From a virus (lineage: Duplodnaviria > Caudoviricetes), in the IMG/VR virus record IMGVR_UViG_3300037631_003269, positions 1-39,434 of that record: DNA of 39,434 bases; one strand, given 5' to 3'. Each line of letters starts with the position of its first letter. Position 1 is the first letter of the stretch. Positions 1 through 8,199 of the stretch are shown in pieces. The translations under genes were made by a program, and so were the position numbers. The notes under the pieces are model-generated. The model saw nothing but the letters and a program-made list of their open reading frames with translations, was not told the DNA's origin and did no database searches.

Positions 1-2
1 AA

Positions 3-80
3 TTGACAACGTAGATAGCTCGCAAGTGCTTGATTATCTGTAAGTTAAATAGGAGATTCCGTGTAAATAATACACGAGAT
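3..80 (+). promoter_or_regulatory. Two stem-loops upstream of the recombination operon
   Basis: Pairings 3-7/44-48 and 11-18/34-41 (with G-U pairs) around a GCAA loop; perfect CGTGTA-aataa-TACACG at 60-76. Confidence 0.4.
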
Positions 81-116
81 GCGTAATTATATTATTAACC
101 AATCTAATTTTTTTTT

Positions 117-617
117 ATGGAATTGACACAAAAATTAGCAACCATTCAAACCAAGTTAAAAGCAAAAAAAAGTCGCTTTAACAAATTTGGCAACTATTAT
201 TATAGATCTGCCGAAGACATCTTAGAAGCTTTAAAACCATTCTTACTTGAGCTAGATGTAACCGTAACTACAACAGAGGAACTTATATCAAATGATCCTT
301 CAGTAATTCAATCAACAGCAACCATTAGAGATCATCTAACTGAGCTTTCAGCAACGGCAGTAGTAGGCGTTGATGTTATGTTTAAAGGGCAGGCAATGCC
401 TCAAAGATATGGCACAGCAAGTTCTTATGCTAAAAAGTATGCATTAGGTAATTTATTTTTAATTGATGATACAGCGGATGCTGATGCTACAACTGCTTCA
501 AATGATAACTGGATTCCAGAAGCAAAAGAATATTTAAAAAAAGGCGGATCATTAGAAAAGATTAAAAAGAAATATAAGCTTACACCTGAATTAGAACAAG
601 AATTAAGTACACTTTAG
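117..617 (+). CDS. erf: ERF-family ssDNA annealing protein
   Basis: N-terminal K..FNKFGNYYYRSAEDI and C-terminal GTASSYAKKYALGNLFLIDDTADAD, typical ERF motifs. Confidence 0.9.
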   Translation: MELTQKLATIQTKLKAKKSRFNKFGNYYYRSAEDILEALKPFLLELDVTVTTTEELISNDPSVIQSTATIRDHLTELSATAVVGVDVMFKGQAMPQRYGTASSYAKKYALGNLFLIDDTADADATTASNDNWIPEAKEYLKKGGSLEKIKKKYKLTPELEQELSTL

Positions 618-1349
618 ATGAATCATAAAGAGATAATAGATAAGCTGAGGGAAGATAAACATTATTATGGTAAATTTGGTCAACAATATTTAAGTAATTC
701 AAATATTAAAACACTTTTAAATGACCCTGAAAACCTATATAATCCTATAAATAAAACGCCTGCTATGCTTATAGGCGGGTACTTCCATACTATTATACTT
801 GAACCTGAAAAAGTTAAGTCTTTTAAAATTATAGAAAGCTCTAGTAGAAATACAAAACACTATAAAGAAATTTCAGACGGTGAGATGTGTTTATTACAAG
901 AAGAAGCTGATATGGTTGAAGCAATGACTGATAAGCTTTTGAAAAATAGATTTATAGAAAGCTTAATTACAGGTTCTAATATGATTTACGAAGAGCCCGC
1001 TATGGGATTAATTAATAATGTTAAATGGAAAGCTAAGGCTGATATAATTAATTATGATGAGCATTTAGTTATTGATTTGAAAACTACAACAAATCTTGAC
1101 AATTTTAGATTTAGTGCTTCTAAATTTAATTATGACAGCCAGGCTTACATTTATAATAAACTTTTTGGATTTGAAATGGTATTTATAGCTATGGATAAAA
1201 ACACACATAAAATTAAATTGTGTGATTGTTCTGAAAAGTTTTTACAAAGAGGAGAAGATAAAGTAATAAAAGCATGCGAAATGTTTGATTTACATTATAA
1301 TACACCTAACTTTGACCCTAACCAATATTTTATAAACGAAACACTTTAA
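618..1349 (+). CDS. PD-(D/E)XK exonuclease, RecE/exonuclease VIII-like (DUF3799-like)
   Basis: LSNSNIK, G.YFHT..LEP, YEEP, KAKADI, IDLKTT, Y..QAY.Y motifs; paired with ERF. Confidence 0.85.
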   Translation: MNHKEIIDKLREDKHYYGKFGQQYLSNSNIKTLLNDPENLYNPINKTPAMLIGGYFHTIILEPEKVKSFKIIESSSRNTKHYKEISDGEMCLLQEEADMVEAMTDKLLKNRFIESLITGSNMIYEEPAMGLINNVKWKAKADIINYDEHLVIDLKTTTNLDNFRFSASKFNYDSQAYIYNKLFGFEMVFIAMDKNTHKIKLCDCSEKFLQRGEDKVIKACEMFDLHYNTPNFDPNQYFINETL

Positions 1350-1359
1350 ATTTTATTAT

Positions 1360-1674
1360 ATGGCAACTATTTTAAACACAAGTATTAATTTATCAAAGGT
1401 CCCAAAGGACAAAATTATTGAAGGTAAGAAAGGAAAATACTTACCTGTAACAATTACTATTAATGATGATATTGATCAATTTGGTCAACAAGGATCACTT
1501 ACTGTTCAACAAACTAAAGAACAACGCGAAAGTAAAGAACCTAAAGTTTACTTAGGCAATATAAATGTTGTTTGGACTAATGGACAAAATGTAGAGCCTG
1601 CGCCCAGAGATAATATACAGTCGGCGCCTGTAGCCCCTAAACCTCAACCTGTAGCAGATGATTTACCGTTTTAA
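1360..1674 (+). CDS. Single-stranded DNA-binding protein-like
   Basis: Beta-rich core, Pro-rich linker, acidic DDLPF C-terminus; replication context. Confidence 0.7.
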   Translation: MATILNTSINLSKVPKDKIIEGKKGKYLPVTITINDDIDQFGQQGSLTVQQTKEQRESKEPKVYLGNINVVWTNGQNVEPAPRDNIQSAPVAPKPQPVADDLPF

Positions 1675-1759
1675 TAAATACTATGACGTAATCGAAGATA
1701 AATGGATTTATGTTCATTACGATGAAAACAACGAACCAGTACTAAAAGACGAAAATTAA
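1658..1759 (+). CDS. 33-aa ORF not in track (MIYRFNKYYDVIEDKWIYVHYDENNEPVLKDEN)
   Basis: Manually translated; fills the SSB-primase gap and its TAA abuts the primase ATG. Confidence 0.5.
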   Translation: MIYRFNKYYDVIEDKWIYVHYDENNEPVLKDEN

Positions 1760-3484
1760 ATGCAAATAAATACTCAAGAAATAAATGGTTACGCAATTGA
1801 AAGCTTCAACCAATATGATCTTGAAGAAGGAAAGACGCAGGGGATTTGTCCCCTGTGTTCATCTGATAGGAAGTTATCTAAACAAAAATTAAAGTGTGCA
1901 TCGTATGATTGGCAAACCGGGCTTGGTACTTGTCATAACTGCAATACTACATTTCAGTTACACACTTATAAAAGAAAAGGTGATAGCACAAAAGAATTTG
2001 TGCGACCAGTAAATGAAAATATTTCTCCTGTTAAAAACACTAAGGTTGAAGATTGGTTTAAACTGCGTGGTATTAATAAAAATACGTTACAAAATTTAAA
2101 AATATCTGAAGGCCCTGAATGGATGCCACAAACAGGTAAAGAAGAAAATACTATTAAATTTAATTATTTTATTGGTAATGATTTAATTAACATAAAATAT
2201 AGAGATGGTAGAAAAAACTTTAAACTATTTAAAGGAGCCGAAAAAGTATTTTATAATATTAACAGCATTGTTGGGTATAACAGCTGTATTATTGTGGAAG
2301 GCGAGATGGATGTTTTATCTTTTCATGAAGCTGGAATACGAAACGTGGTCTCTGTCCCGAACGGCGCTACAATAAATAATAATAATTTAGATTACTTAGA
2401 TAACTGTATAGATTATTTTGATGATAAAGAAAAAATAATTTTAGCAGTTGATAAAGACGAAGCAGGACAAGCCTTGCAACAAGAATTAATTAGACGTCTT
2501 GGTGCAGAGGTTTGTTTTATTATAGACTTCGATGATTGCAAAGATGCTAATGAATATTTATTAAAATATGGAACTGAAAGATTATCAAAGCTTGTACAAA
2601 AGGCGAAGGCCGTACCGCTCGAAAACGTCACAACGTTCAATGACATTGAGGGAGAAATTACAGATTTTGTTGAAAATGGATTTAAAAAAGGTTATCAAGT
2701 TGGTTTACAAAATTTTGATGAAATATTTTCAACGTATACCGGCCAGTTTATTACTGTTACTGGCATACCTTCTTCTGGTAAGTCTGATTTTGTTGACCAA
2801 ATGGTCGTAGGATATAATCAAAATTATCAATGGAAAACAGCTTTTGCATCACCTGAAAATGCACCAACATTTTTACATGCTCACAAACTAATGCGAAAAG
2901 TGTGGCAAGACATGCCACAAAAGTCCGACATTGGTGGAGCAAAATGGCAATCAATAGCTAAGCATGTTAATGAAAATTTCTTTTTTATAGATATGGAGCG
3001 CTATACTTTAGAATCAGTTTTAAAGAAAGGAGCTGAACTTGTTAAAAGAAAAGGAATTAAATGTTTAGTTATTGATCCATTTAATAAAGTAAGAGACGTA
3101 AATTGCAAGACAGAAGATGTGAATAGGTATACAATGGAATACCTTACTAAGATTGAAATATTTGCTAAAAAATATGATGTATTAGTTATAGTTGTAGCCC
3201 ACCCTACTAAAATGTATAAAGATAAAGATGGCAAAATTGAAGAACCAACTATGTATAATATTAAAGGCGGCGGCGAGTGGTATGATGCATCTTATCATGG
3301 TTTACTCATTCACCGCGATTATGATAATAAAACTGTTAAAGCCAAAGTGCTCAAAGTTAAATTCCAAAACTTAGGCGAAAATGGTGCAGAAGCACATTTT
3401 AGATGGGAATATAAATCAGGTTGTTTTATACCTATATATCCTGAAACAAATCATTTAGAAGAAATGCCATGGGAAGTGGATTAA
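1760..3484 (+). CDS. Primase-helicase, T7 gp4/Twinkle-like
   Basis: Zn finger CPLC..CHNC, TOPRIM IVEGEMD and DKD, Walker A TGIPSSGKS, IDPFN, VAHP. Confidence 0.95.
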   Translation: MQINTQEINGYAIESFNQYDLEEGKTQGICPLCSSDRKLSKQKLKCASYDWQTGLGTCHNCNTTFQLHTYKRKGDSTKEFVRPVNENISPVKNTKVEDWFKLRGINKNTLQNLKISEGPEWMPQTGKEENTIKFNYFIGNDLINIKYRDGRKNFKLFKGAEKVFYNINSIVGYNSCIIVEGEMDVLSFHEAGIRNVVSVPNGATINNNNLDYLDNCIDYFDDKEKIILAVDKDEAGQALQQELIRRLGAEVCFIIDFDDCKDANEYLLKYGTERLSKLVQKAKAVPLENVTTFNDIEGEITDFVENGFKKGYQVGLQNFDEIFSTYTGQFITVTGIPSSGKSDFVDQMVVGYNQNYQWKTAFASPENAPTFLHAHKLMRKVWQDMPQKSDIGGAKWQSIAKHVNENFFFIDMERYTLESVLKKGAELVKRKGIKCLVIDPFNKVRDVNCKTEDVNRYTMEYLTKIEIFAKKYDVLVIVVAHPTKMYKDKDGKIEEPTMYNIKGGGEWYDASYHGLLIHRDYDNKTVKAKVLKVKFQNLGENGAEAHFRWEYKSGCFIPIYPETNHLEEMPWEVD

Positions 3485-3762
3485 AAAAACCTAAAAATTA
3501 TAAAGGGTTAAATAAGTATCATGAAAATTTAAATAATGAGGAACAATTGCATTTTAATTATTGTATTAATAATAATTATCGCATATCTCCTAAACCTGCT
3601 ACAAAGGGATTATTCCCAGATTCTTGGTATGTAGAAGTTAGATTAGGGGCGTATAAAAAAGGTGAGAAGGCACATATTTCACCTATATCTTATGATGATA
3701 AAGGAATATGGCCGGCAATAAAAAAAGCAAGAAAATATTATTATGAAAAACGTACAAAATGA
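3469..3762 (+). CDS. Hypothetical protein (97 aa)
   Basis: Overlaps both neighbours on the operon strand; no recognised motif. Confidence 0.7.
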   Translation: MGSGLKKPKNYKGLNKYHENLNNEEQLHFNYCINNNYRISPKPATKGLFPDSWYVEVRLGAYKKGEKAHISPISYDDKGIWPAIKKARKYYYEKRTK

Positions 3763-4555
3763 ATATAGAAGATTATTATCAGATATACTCTACGAAGGAT
3801 TACCTAAAGAAGATCGAACTAACACAGGAACACAGGCTGTCTTTGGACGAATGCTTACTCATGATATGGCTCATGGATTTCCATTATTAACCGCTAAAAA
3901 AATATATTTTAATCATGCAATTACGGAATTATTATGGATACTACAGGGTCGTACTGACATGTATTACTTACGCCATCACGGCGTTTCTTATTGGGATGAT
4001 AATTATACAAAATCAGGTAGGACTGATAACACTCTTGGCCCTGTTTATGGCAAGCAGCTTCGTAACTTTAATGGTGTTGACCAGCTTAAGTATATTCTCG
4101 AGCAAATTAAACAAGACCCGAGCTCGCGGCGCATTATGGCAAGCTTATGGAATCCCGTTGAATTGGATGATATGGCACTTCCTCCTTGTCATTATGGCTT
4201 TCAAGTATATATAAATAATAATAAATTAAGTTTAGCTTGGTCACAAAGATCAGTAGATGTATTTTTAGGTTTGCCTTATGATTTAGCAATGTATGGCTTA
4301 TTATTACTTATGTTAGCTAAAGGTTCAGGCTATGAGCCAGGAGAACTTATTTGTTTTTTAGGAGATTGCCATTTATATAGTAATCATATTAAACAAGCCA
4401 CACAATATTTAAATAGGGTTGATAGTAAATTGCCTACTGTAGAATTAAAAAAAGGGTTATCTTTAACACACGAGGTTGATATACCTGAGCATGAAGACAT
4501 TACTTTAATAGACTATAATCCTGCAACAGTTATAAAAGCACCTTTAGCAACATAA
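3743..4555 (+). CDS. thyA: ThyA-fold pyrimidine C5-transferase; Asn177->Asp variant, probable dCMP (hydroxy)methyltransferase
   Basis: DRTNTGT, GFPLLT.KK, ELLW, LGPVYG, SRR, MALPPCH (C149), QRSVDVFLGLPYD (D180), DCHLY, IKAPLA. Confidence 0.9.
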   Translation: MKNVQNEYRRLLSDILYEGLPKEDRTNTGTQAVFGRMLTHDMAHGFPLLTAKKIYFNHAITELLWILQGRTDMYYLRHHGVSYWDDNYTKSGRTDNTLGPVYGKQLRNFNGVDQLKYILEQIKQDPSSRRIMASLWNPVELDDMALPPCHYGFQVYINNNKLSLAWSQRSVDVFLGLPYDLAMYGLLLLMLAKGSGYEPGELICFLGDCHLYSNHIKQATQYLNRVDSKLPTVELKKGLSLTHEVDIPEHEDITLIDYNPATVIKAPLAT

Positions 4556-4558
4556 AAT

Positions 4559-5335
4559 ATGTATTTTATTTATCACGTACCGGGTAAAAAAATAGGGGTT
4601 ACACGTAATCTTAATAAGCGTGTAACGGCTGTCCAGGGTTATCAGTTAGATGAATATGAAGTTCTTGATTCTAGTGATGATATAAATTATATATCTGACC
4701 GGGAAATAGAACTTCAAAAGTCTTATGGTTATAAAGTTGACAGACAAAAGTATAAAGATTTATGTAATCAAAAATTAAATAAAATGAAAATAAACGTTAC
4801 CGAACAAACCACAACATTTCCAGTTCCTAAGCTACAGCTTAATAATTGGCTTAGAGATCACTTAGATTTTTCTTGGGAAACTTCACATGGGGAATTTAAA
4901 TTAGATCCTGAAACTATTAATTGGATTTTATTAAACTGCAAAAAATCCATGTACAATGACAAGCGCAGTTATATTTATAACAAAGCTTATTATGAAGCTT
5001 TTTTAAATCCTAAAAACAATCTTACACCTATTGTTGAAACAATTGAAATATTTAACAATATTAGAAGTTGGGCTGAAGAAAGAGGTTTGTATGAAAAAGG
5101 AGATACTAAAACACAGCTAATTAAATTATATGAAGAATCTGGAGAATTATCACAAGCCTTACTTAAAAATAATAAAGAAGATATTATTGATGCTATTGGT
5201 GATAGCGTTGTTGTTCTTACTAATCTTGCCCACCTTGTCGACACCGATATTGAAACTTGTATTCAGTCTGCTTATGATGAAATATCTAGTAGAACTGGTA
5301 GAATGATTAACGGAACATTTGTAAAAGATGAATAA
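4559..5335 (+). CDS. Fusion: GIY-YIG-like N-terminus + unknown domain + MazG-like NTP pyrophosphohydrolase
   Basis: N-terminal YFIY..KIGVT..L..R..E; C-terminal WAEERGL..QLIKLYEESGEL..DAIGD..VVL. Confidence 0.8.
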   Translation: MYFIYHVPGKKIGVTRNLNKRVTAVQGYQLDEYEVLDSSDDINYISDREIELQKSYGYKVDRQKYKDLCNQKLNKMKINVTEQTTTFPVPKLQLNNWLRDHLDFSWETSHGEFKLDPETINWILLNCKKSMYNDKRSYIYNKAYYEAFLNPKNNLTPIVETIEIFNNIRSWAEERGLYEKGDTKTQLIKLYEESGELSQALLKNNKEDIIDAIGDSVVVLTNLAHLVDTDIETCIQSAYDEISSRTGRMINGTFVKDE

Positions 5336-5588
5336 GAAAGAAATAAAATTTAGAGATCCAGTAGTAGAGCGAGTAGTAGATAAATTTGTAGATAGATCCG
5401 ATGTAGGCTTTGAAAAATATAAAATAACACTTGATAAAGATCCATCTGATATGTTTATTTGGATGAATCACTTGCAAGAAGAATTAATGGATGCTGTATT
5501 ATATCTTCAAAAGCTTAAAGAAAACACCACTGAAGAACTTCAAGAAGTAATGTTAAAAAATATAAATAAAACATTTGGTGATGATTAA
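5328..5588 (+). CDS. Small all-alpha NTP-PPase-like protein
   Basis: R...G..KY..TL and HLQEELMDAVLY (EExxD) motifs. Confidence 0.55.
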   Translation: MNKKEIKFRDPVVERVVDKFVDRSDVGFEKYKITLDKDPSDMFIWMNHLQEELMDAVLYLQKLKENTTEELQEVMLKNINKTFGDD

Positions 5589-6039
5589 ACGACGACCATA
5601 TAAAAAAAGAAAACGTGGTCCAGTTGTTTCTAAAAAAGTATCGTATGATGGCATTAACTTTGCGTCAGGCTTAGAAAGATATATGTATATGGCTTTAAAA
5701 AAAGCTAAGATACGATCAAAATACGAAGGTGAAACTTTTGTTTTATTAAACGGTTTTCATTTTGAAAACGAAGTATATGAAAGACAATCAAATGGAAAGG
5801 GCGATTATAAAAATAGGGGATGCAAAAGAATATTACCTATTAAATATACACCAGATTTTATAGGAGATACTTTTATAATTGAAACAAAGGGTAGAGCTAA
5901 TGAATCATTTCCAATGCGCTGGAAGCTATTTAAGCAACTTGTAATGAATCAATTCCCAAACTATACACTATACAAACCACAGAATCAAAAAGAATGCGAC
6001 AGAACAGTAGAGTTGATCCTCGAGAAGCAAAAAAAATAG
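5575..6039 (+). CDS. T7 endonuclease I-like Holliday junction resolvase
   Basis: FASGLE, YE, YTPDFI, IIETKGR; start may be 5581. Confidence 0.8.
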   Translation: MVMIKRRPYKKRKRGPVVSKKVSYDGINFASGLERYMYMALKKAKIRSKYEGETFVLLNGFHFENEVYERQSNGKGDYKNRGCKRILPIKYTPDFIGDTFIIETKGRANESFPMRWKLFKQLVMNQFPNYTLYKPQNQKECDRTVELILEKQKK

Positions 6040-6182
6040 CTCGCATTAAATATGCGGATAGACAAATTGATAAATTTATTAAATGGAGTATTGAAACAAG
6101 AGGGAGGCTTTTATATAGAGAACTTGTTGAATTACATGAAACGCACAATATAAAATGTTATGGCAAAAATAATATTAAATAA
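5994..6182 (+). CDS. Hypothetical protein (62 aa)
   Basis: Operon strand, bridges neighbouring genes. Confidence 0.55.
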   Translation: MRQNSRVDPREAKKIARIKYADRQIDKFIKWSIETRGRLLYRELVELHETHNIKCYGKNNIK

Positions 6183-6294
6183 TTACAAAACAAAAAATAA
6201 AGTAAAGCGTCCTAATGTGCACGCAAAAAGCAAAACCTCACAACTTAAAAAAAGCAAAAACTATGTTAAAAAATACCGAGGGCAGGGAAGATAA
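6160..6294 (+). CDS. 44-aa basic protein ending KKYRGQGR (not in track)
   Basis: Manually translated MAKIILNNYKTKNKVKRPNVHAKSKTSQLKKSKNYVKKYRGQGR. Confidence 0.75.
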   Translation: MAKIILNNYKTKNKVKRPNVHAKSKTSQLKKSKNYVKKYRGQGR

Positions 6295-6424
6295 AGGTTG
6301 GGAATTAAGCATTGGGTTTTATCCCGGTATATTGTTAGGAATAAGATCATATCTTAACACTGATTATAATGAGCATGTTGTATATTTACCGTTCGTAGAT
6401 ATTTGTTTAATAATAGATAAATAA
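6263..6424 (+). CDS. Hypothetical beta-rich protein (53 aa)
   Basis: Part of track ORF 6215-6424; later start preferred to reduce overlap with 6160-6294. Confidence 0.6.
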   Translation: MLKNTEGREDKGWELSIGFYPGILLGIRSYLNTDYNEHVVYLPFVDICLIIDK

Positions 6425-6427
6425 TAA

Positions 6428-7396
6428 ATGGGACTATTTGATTTAAGAGTAGCATATAAACCTTTTGATTATCCAGAATATTATACTGAGGGTTGGTTAA
6501 AACAGGCACAAGCTTTTTGGTTACATACAGAAATACCTATGTCTGGTGACGTAAAGGATTGGAATGAAAAATTAACTAAAGAAGAAAAAAATTTAGTAGG
6601 CAATATACTGTTGGGCTTTGCACAAACCGAGTGCGCTGTATCCGATTATTGGACACAAAAAGTTGTGGCTTGGTTTCCTAAACATGAAATACAACAAATG
6701 GCTATGATGTTTGGTAGCCAAGAAACAATTCACGCTGTTGCTTACAGTTATTTAAATGAAACATTAGGACTTGAAAATTTTGAAGCATTTTTACAAGATG
6801 ACGCAACTATGGAAAGGTTTGATAACCTCGTTGCTTATGAAGGATCTGAAAAAATTGGTATCGCAAAATCCTTGGCTATCTTTTCTGCTTTTGCTGAAGG
6901 AGTTAGTTTATATTCTGCTTTTGCTGTATTATATTCTTTTCAATTAAGAAATTTACTAAAAGGTATTGGGCAGCAAATGAAGTGGTCAGTACGAGATGAA
7001 TCTTTACATAGTAAGATGGGTTGTCAACTGTTTAGACATATGTGCGAAGAAGATCCTAAACTATTAAATAAATGTAAAACAGAAGTGCTTGATGCGGCCA
7101 AAACTATATTGCATGCAGAAGAAAAATATATTGATAAAATGTTCGAGCTTGGAGACATTGAAAATCTTAAAGCCTACGACCTCAAGCAATTTATTAGAAA
7201 ACGACTTAACGAAAAGCTGCATGAGCTTGGGTACGCAAACAGTGGGCTCAACTTTGAGTTTAACAAAAAAGCAGCAAGTAATCTCGATTGGTTTTACCAT
7301 CTTACCGGTGGGCATACTCATACTGATTTTTTTGCTGTTCGTCCAACAGATTATTCAAAAGCAAACGAAGGAGAAGATTTTGAAGATATATGGTAA
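6428..7396 (+). CDS. nrdB: Class I ribonucleotide reductase beta subunit
   Basis: YKPF.YP, FW...E, ETIHAVAYS (ExxH and radical Tyr), AEGVSLYSAF, RDESLH, DFF..RPTDYSK. Confidence 0.95.
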   Translation: MGLFDLRVAYKPFDYPEYYTEGWLKQAQAFWLHTEIPMSGDVKDWNEKLTKEEKNLVGNILLGFAQTECAVSDYWTQKVVAWFPKHEIQQMAMMFGSQETIHAVAYSYLNETLGLENFEAFLQDDATMERFDNLVAYEGSEKIGIAKSLAIFSAFAEGVSLYSAFAVLYSFQLRNLLKGIGQQMKWSVRDESLHSKMGCQLFRHMCEEDPKLLNKCKTEVLDAAKTILHAEEKYIDKMFELGDIENLKAYDLKQFIRKRLNEKLHELGYANSGLNFEFNKKAASNLDWFYHLTGGHTHTDFFAVRPTDYSKANEGEDFEDIW

Positions 7397-7644
7397 AGCT
7401 AAAAGCATTAGTAAAAGAAAGAAAGTTAACACCTTTAGAAAGGCTATCTAATAGGCTGGGCTATATGGGGGCGGGATTTATAATGATTTCGCCATATTTA
7501 TTACCTGATGCTATTGGTGCTGTAACTTATGTAGCTGGCGGTATATTATCTTTGCCGCAAGTTTTTGTAGCAAAACAATGGAATTTAGTAGTGGTTAATT
7601 TAAATGTAACATTTGGTTATTTAATTTATTTATATAATGCTTAA
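7390..7644 (+). CDS. Small 3-TM membrane protein with PQ motif
   Basis: Three hydrophobic segments; LSLPQVFVAK. Confidence 0.65.
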   Translation: MVKLKALVKERKLTPLERLSNRLGYMGAGFIMISPYLLPDAIGAVTYVAGGILSLPQVFVAKQWNLVVVNLNVTFGYLIYLYNA

Positions 7645-7981
7645 ATTTCAATGTTCTTCATGTGGGGCCTGTTGCGCAACGGCAGGATCTGACGGTAGAA
7701 TGCCTAATAGGGGAGATGGAGCATGCGCACATTTAACTAATGAAAATTTATGTGCTATATTTGATGATAGGCCTGATATATGTAGAGCGGATTATATGCA
7801 CAAACAAATCCAAAAAACATACCCTCATGTAGATAAATACGAGTATTATGTAAAAGCCACAAAAGTATGTCATATGCTTATAGATTTATATGAATTAGAT
7901 GAATCTTATAAAATACCAATATCTGTTTATAATGAACAATTAGAAAAAATACAACAAACTATTATAAATAAAATGAAATGA
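7637..7981 (+). CDS. YkgJ-family (CxxCxxCC) Fe-S/Zn cysteine-cluster protein
   Basis: CSSCGACC, CAHL, NLCAIF..RPDICR. Confidence 0.85.
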   Translation: MLKFQCSSCGACCATAGSDGRMPNRGDGACAHLTNENLCAIFDDRPDICRADYMHKQIQKTYPHVDKYEYYVKATKVCHMLIDLYELDESYKIPISVYNEQLEKIQQTIINKMK

Positions 7982-8199
7982 AAGAAAGTAAATTAGTAGA
8001 CATGCATAGAAGCGTTGAAGCTCTTAAGCGTGTTACGCAACAGGTATTAAATGAAGTATCACACCTTAGAGAATTGGGTATTGGTACATTAGAGCTAGTT
8101 AAACTTATGGATGGATATGATGAAGCTTTAGAAAAATTACAAACTAAAGTTACAACTAAACCTGAAGAAGAAAAAAAATTAGACTTAGATGTGGAATAG
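7978..8199 (+). CDS. Hypothetical helical protein (73 aa)
   Basis: ATGA overlap with upstream gene; overlaps nrdA start. Confidence 0.7.
   Translation: MKESKLVDMHRSVEALKRVTQQVLNEVSHLRELGIGTLELVKLMDGYDEALEKLQTKVTTKPEEEKKLDLDVE

Noticed and set aside
3-40. TTGACA as sigma70 -35 box
   Set aside because: No -10 hexamer at 16-18 nt spacing
610-625. TAG-ATG in-frame junction suggesting amber recoding and an ERF-exonuclease fusion
   Set aside because: All long genes are intact in the standard code and other TAG stops (18911, 33763, 38504) do not lead into in-frame genes
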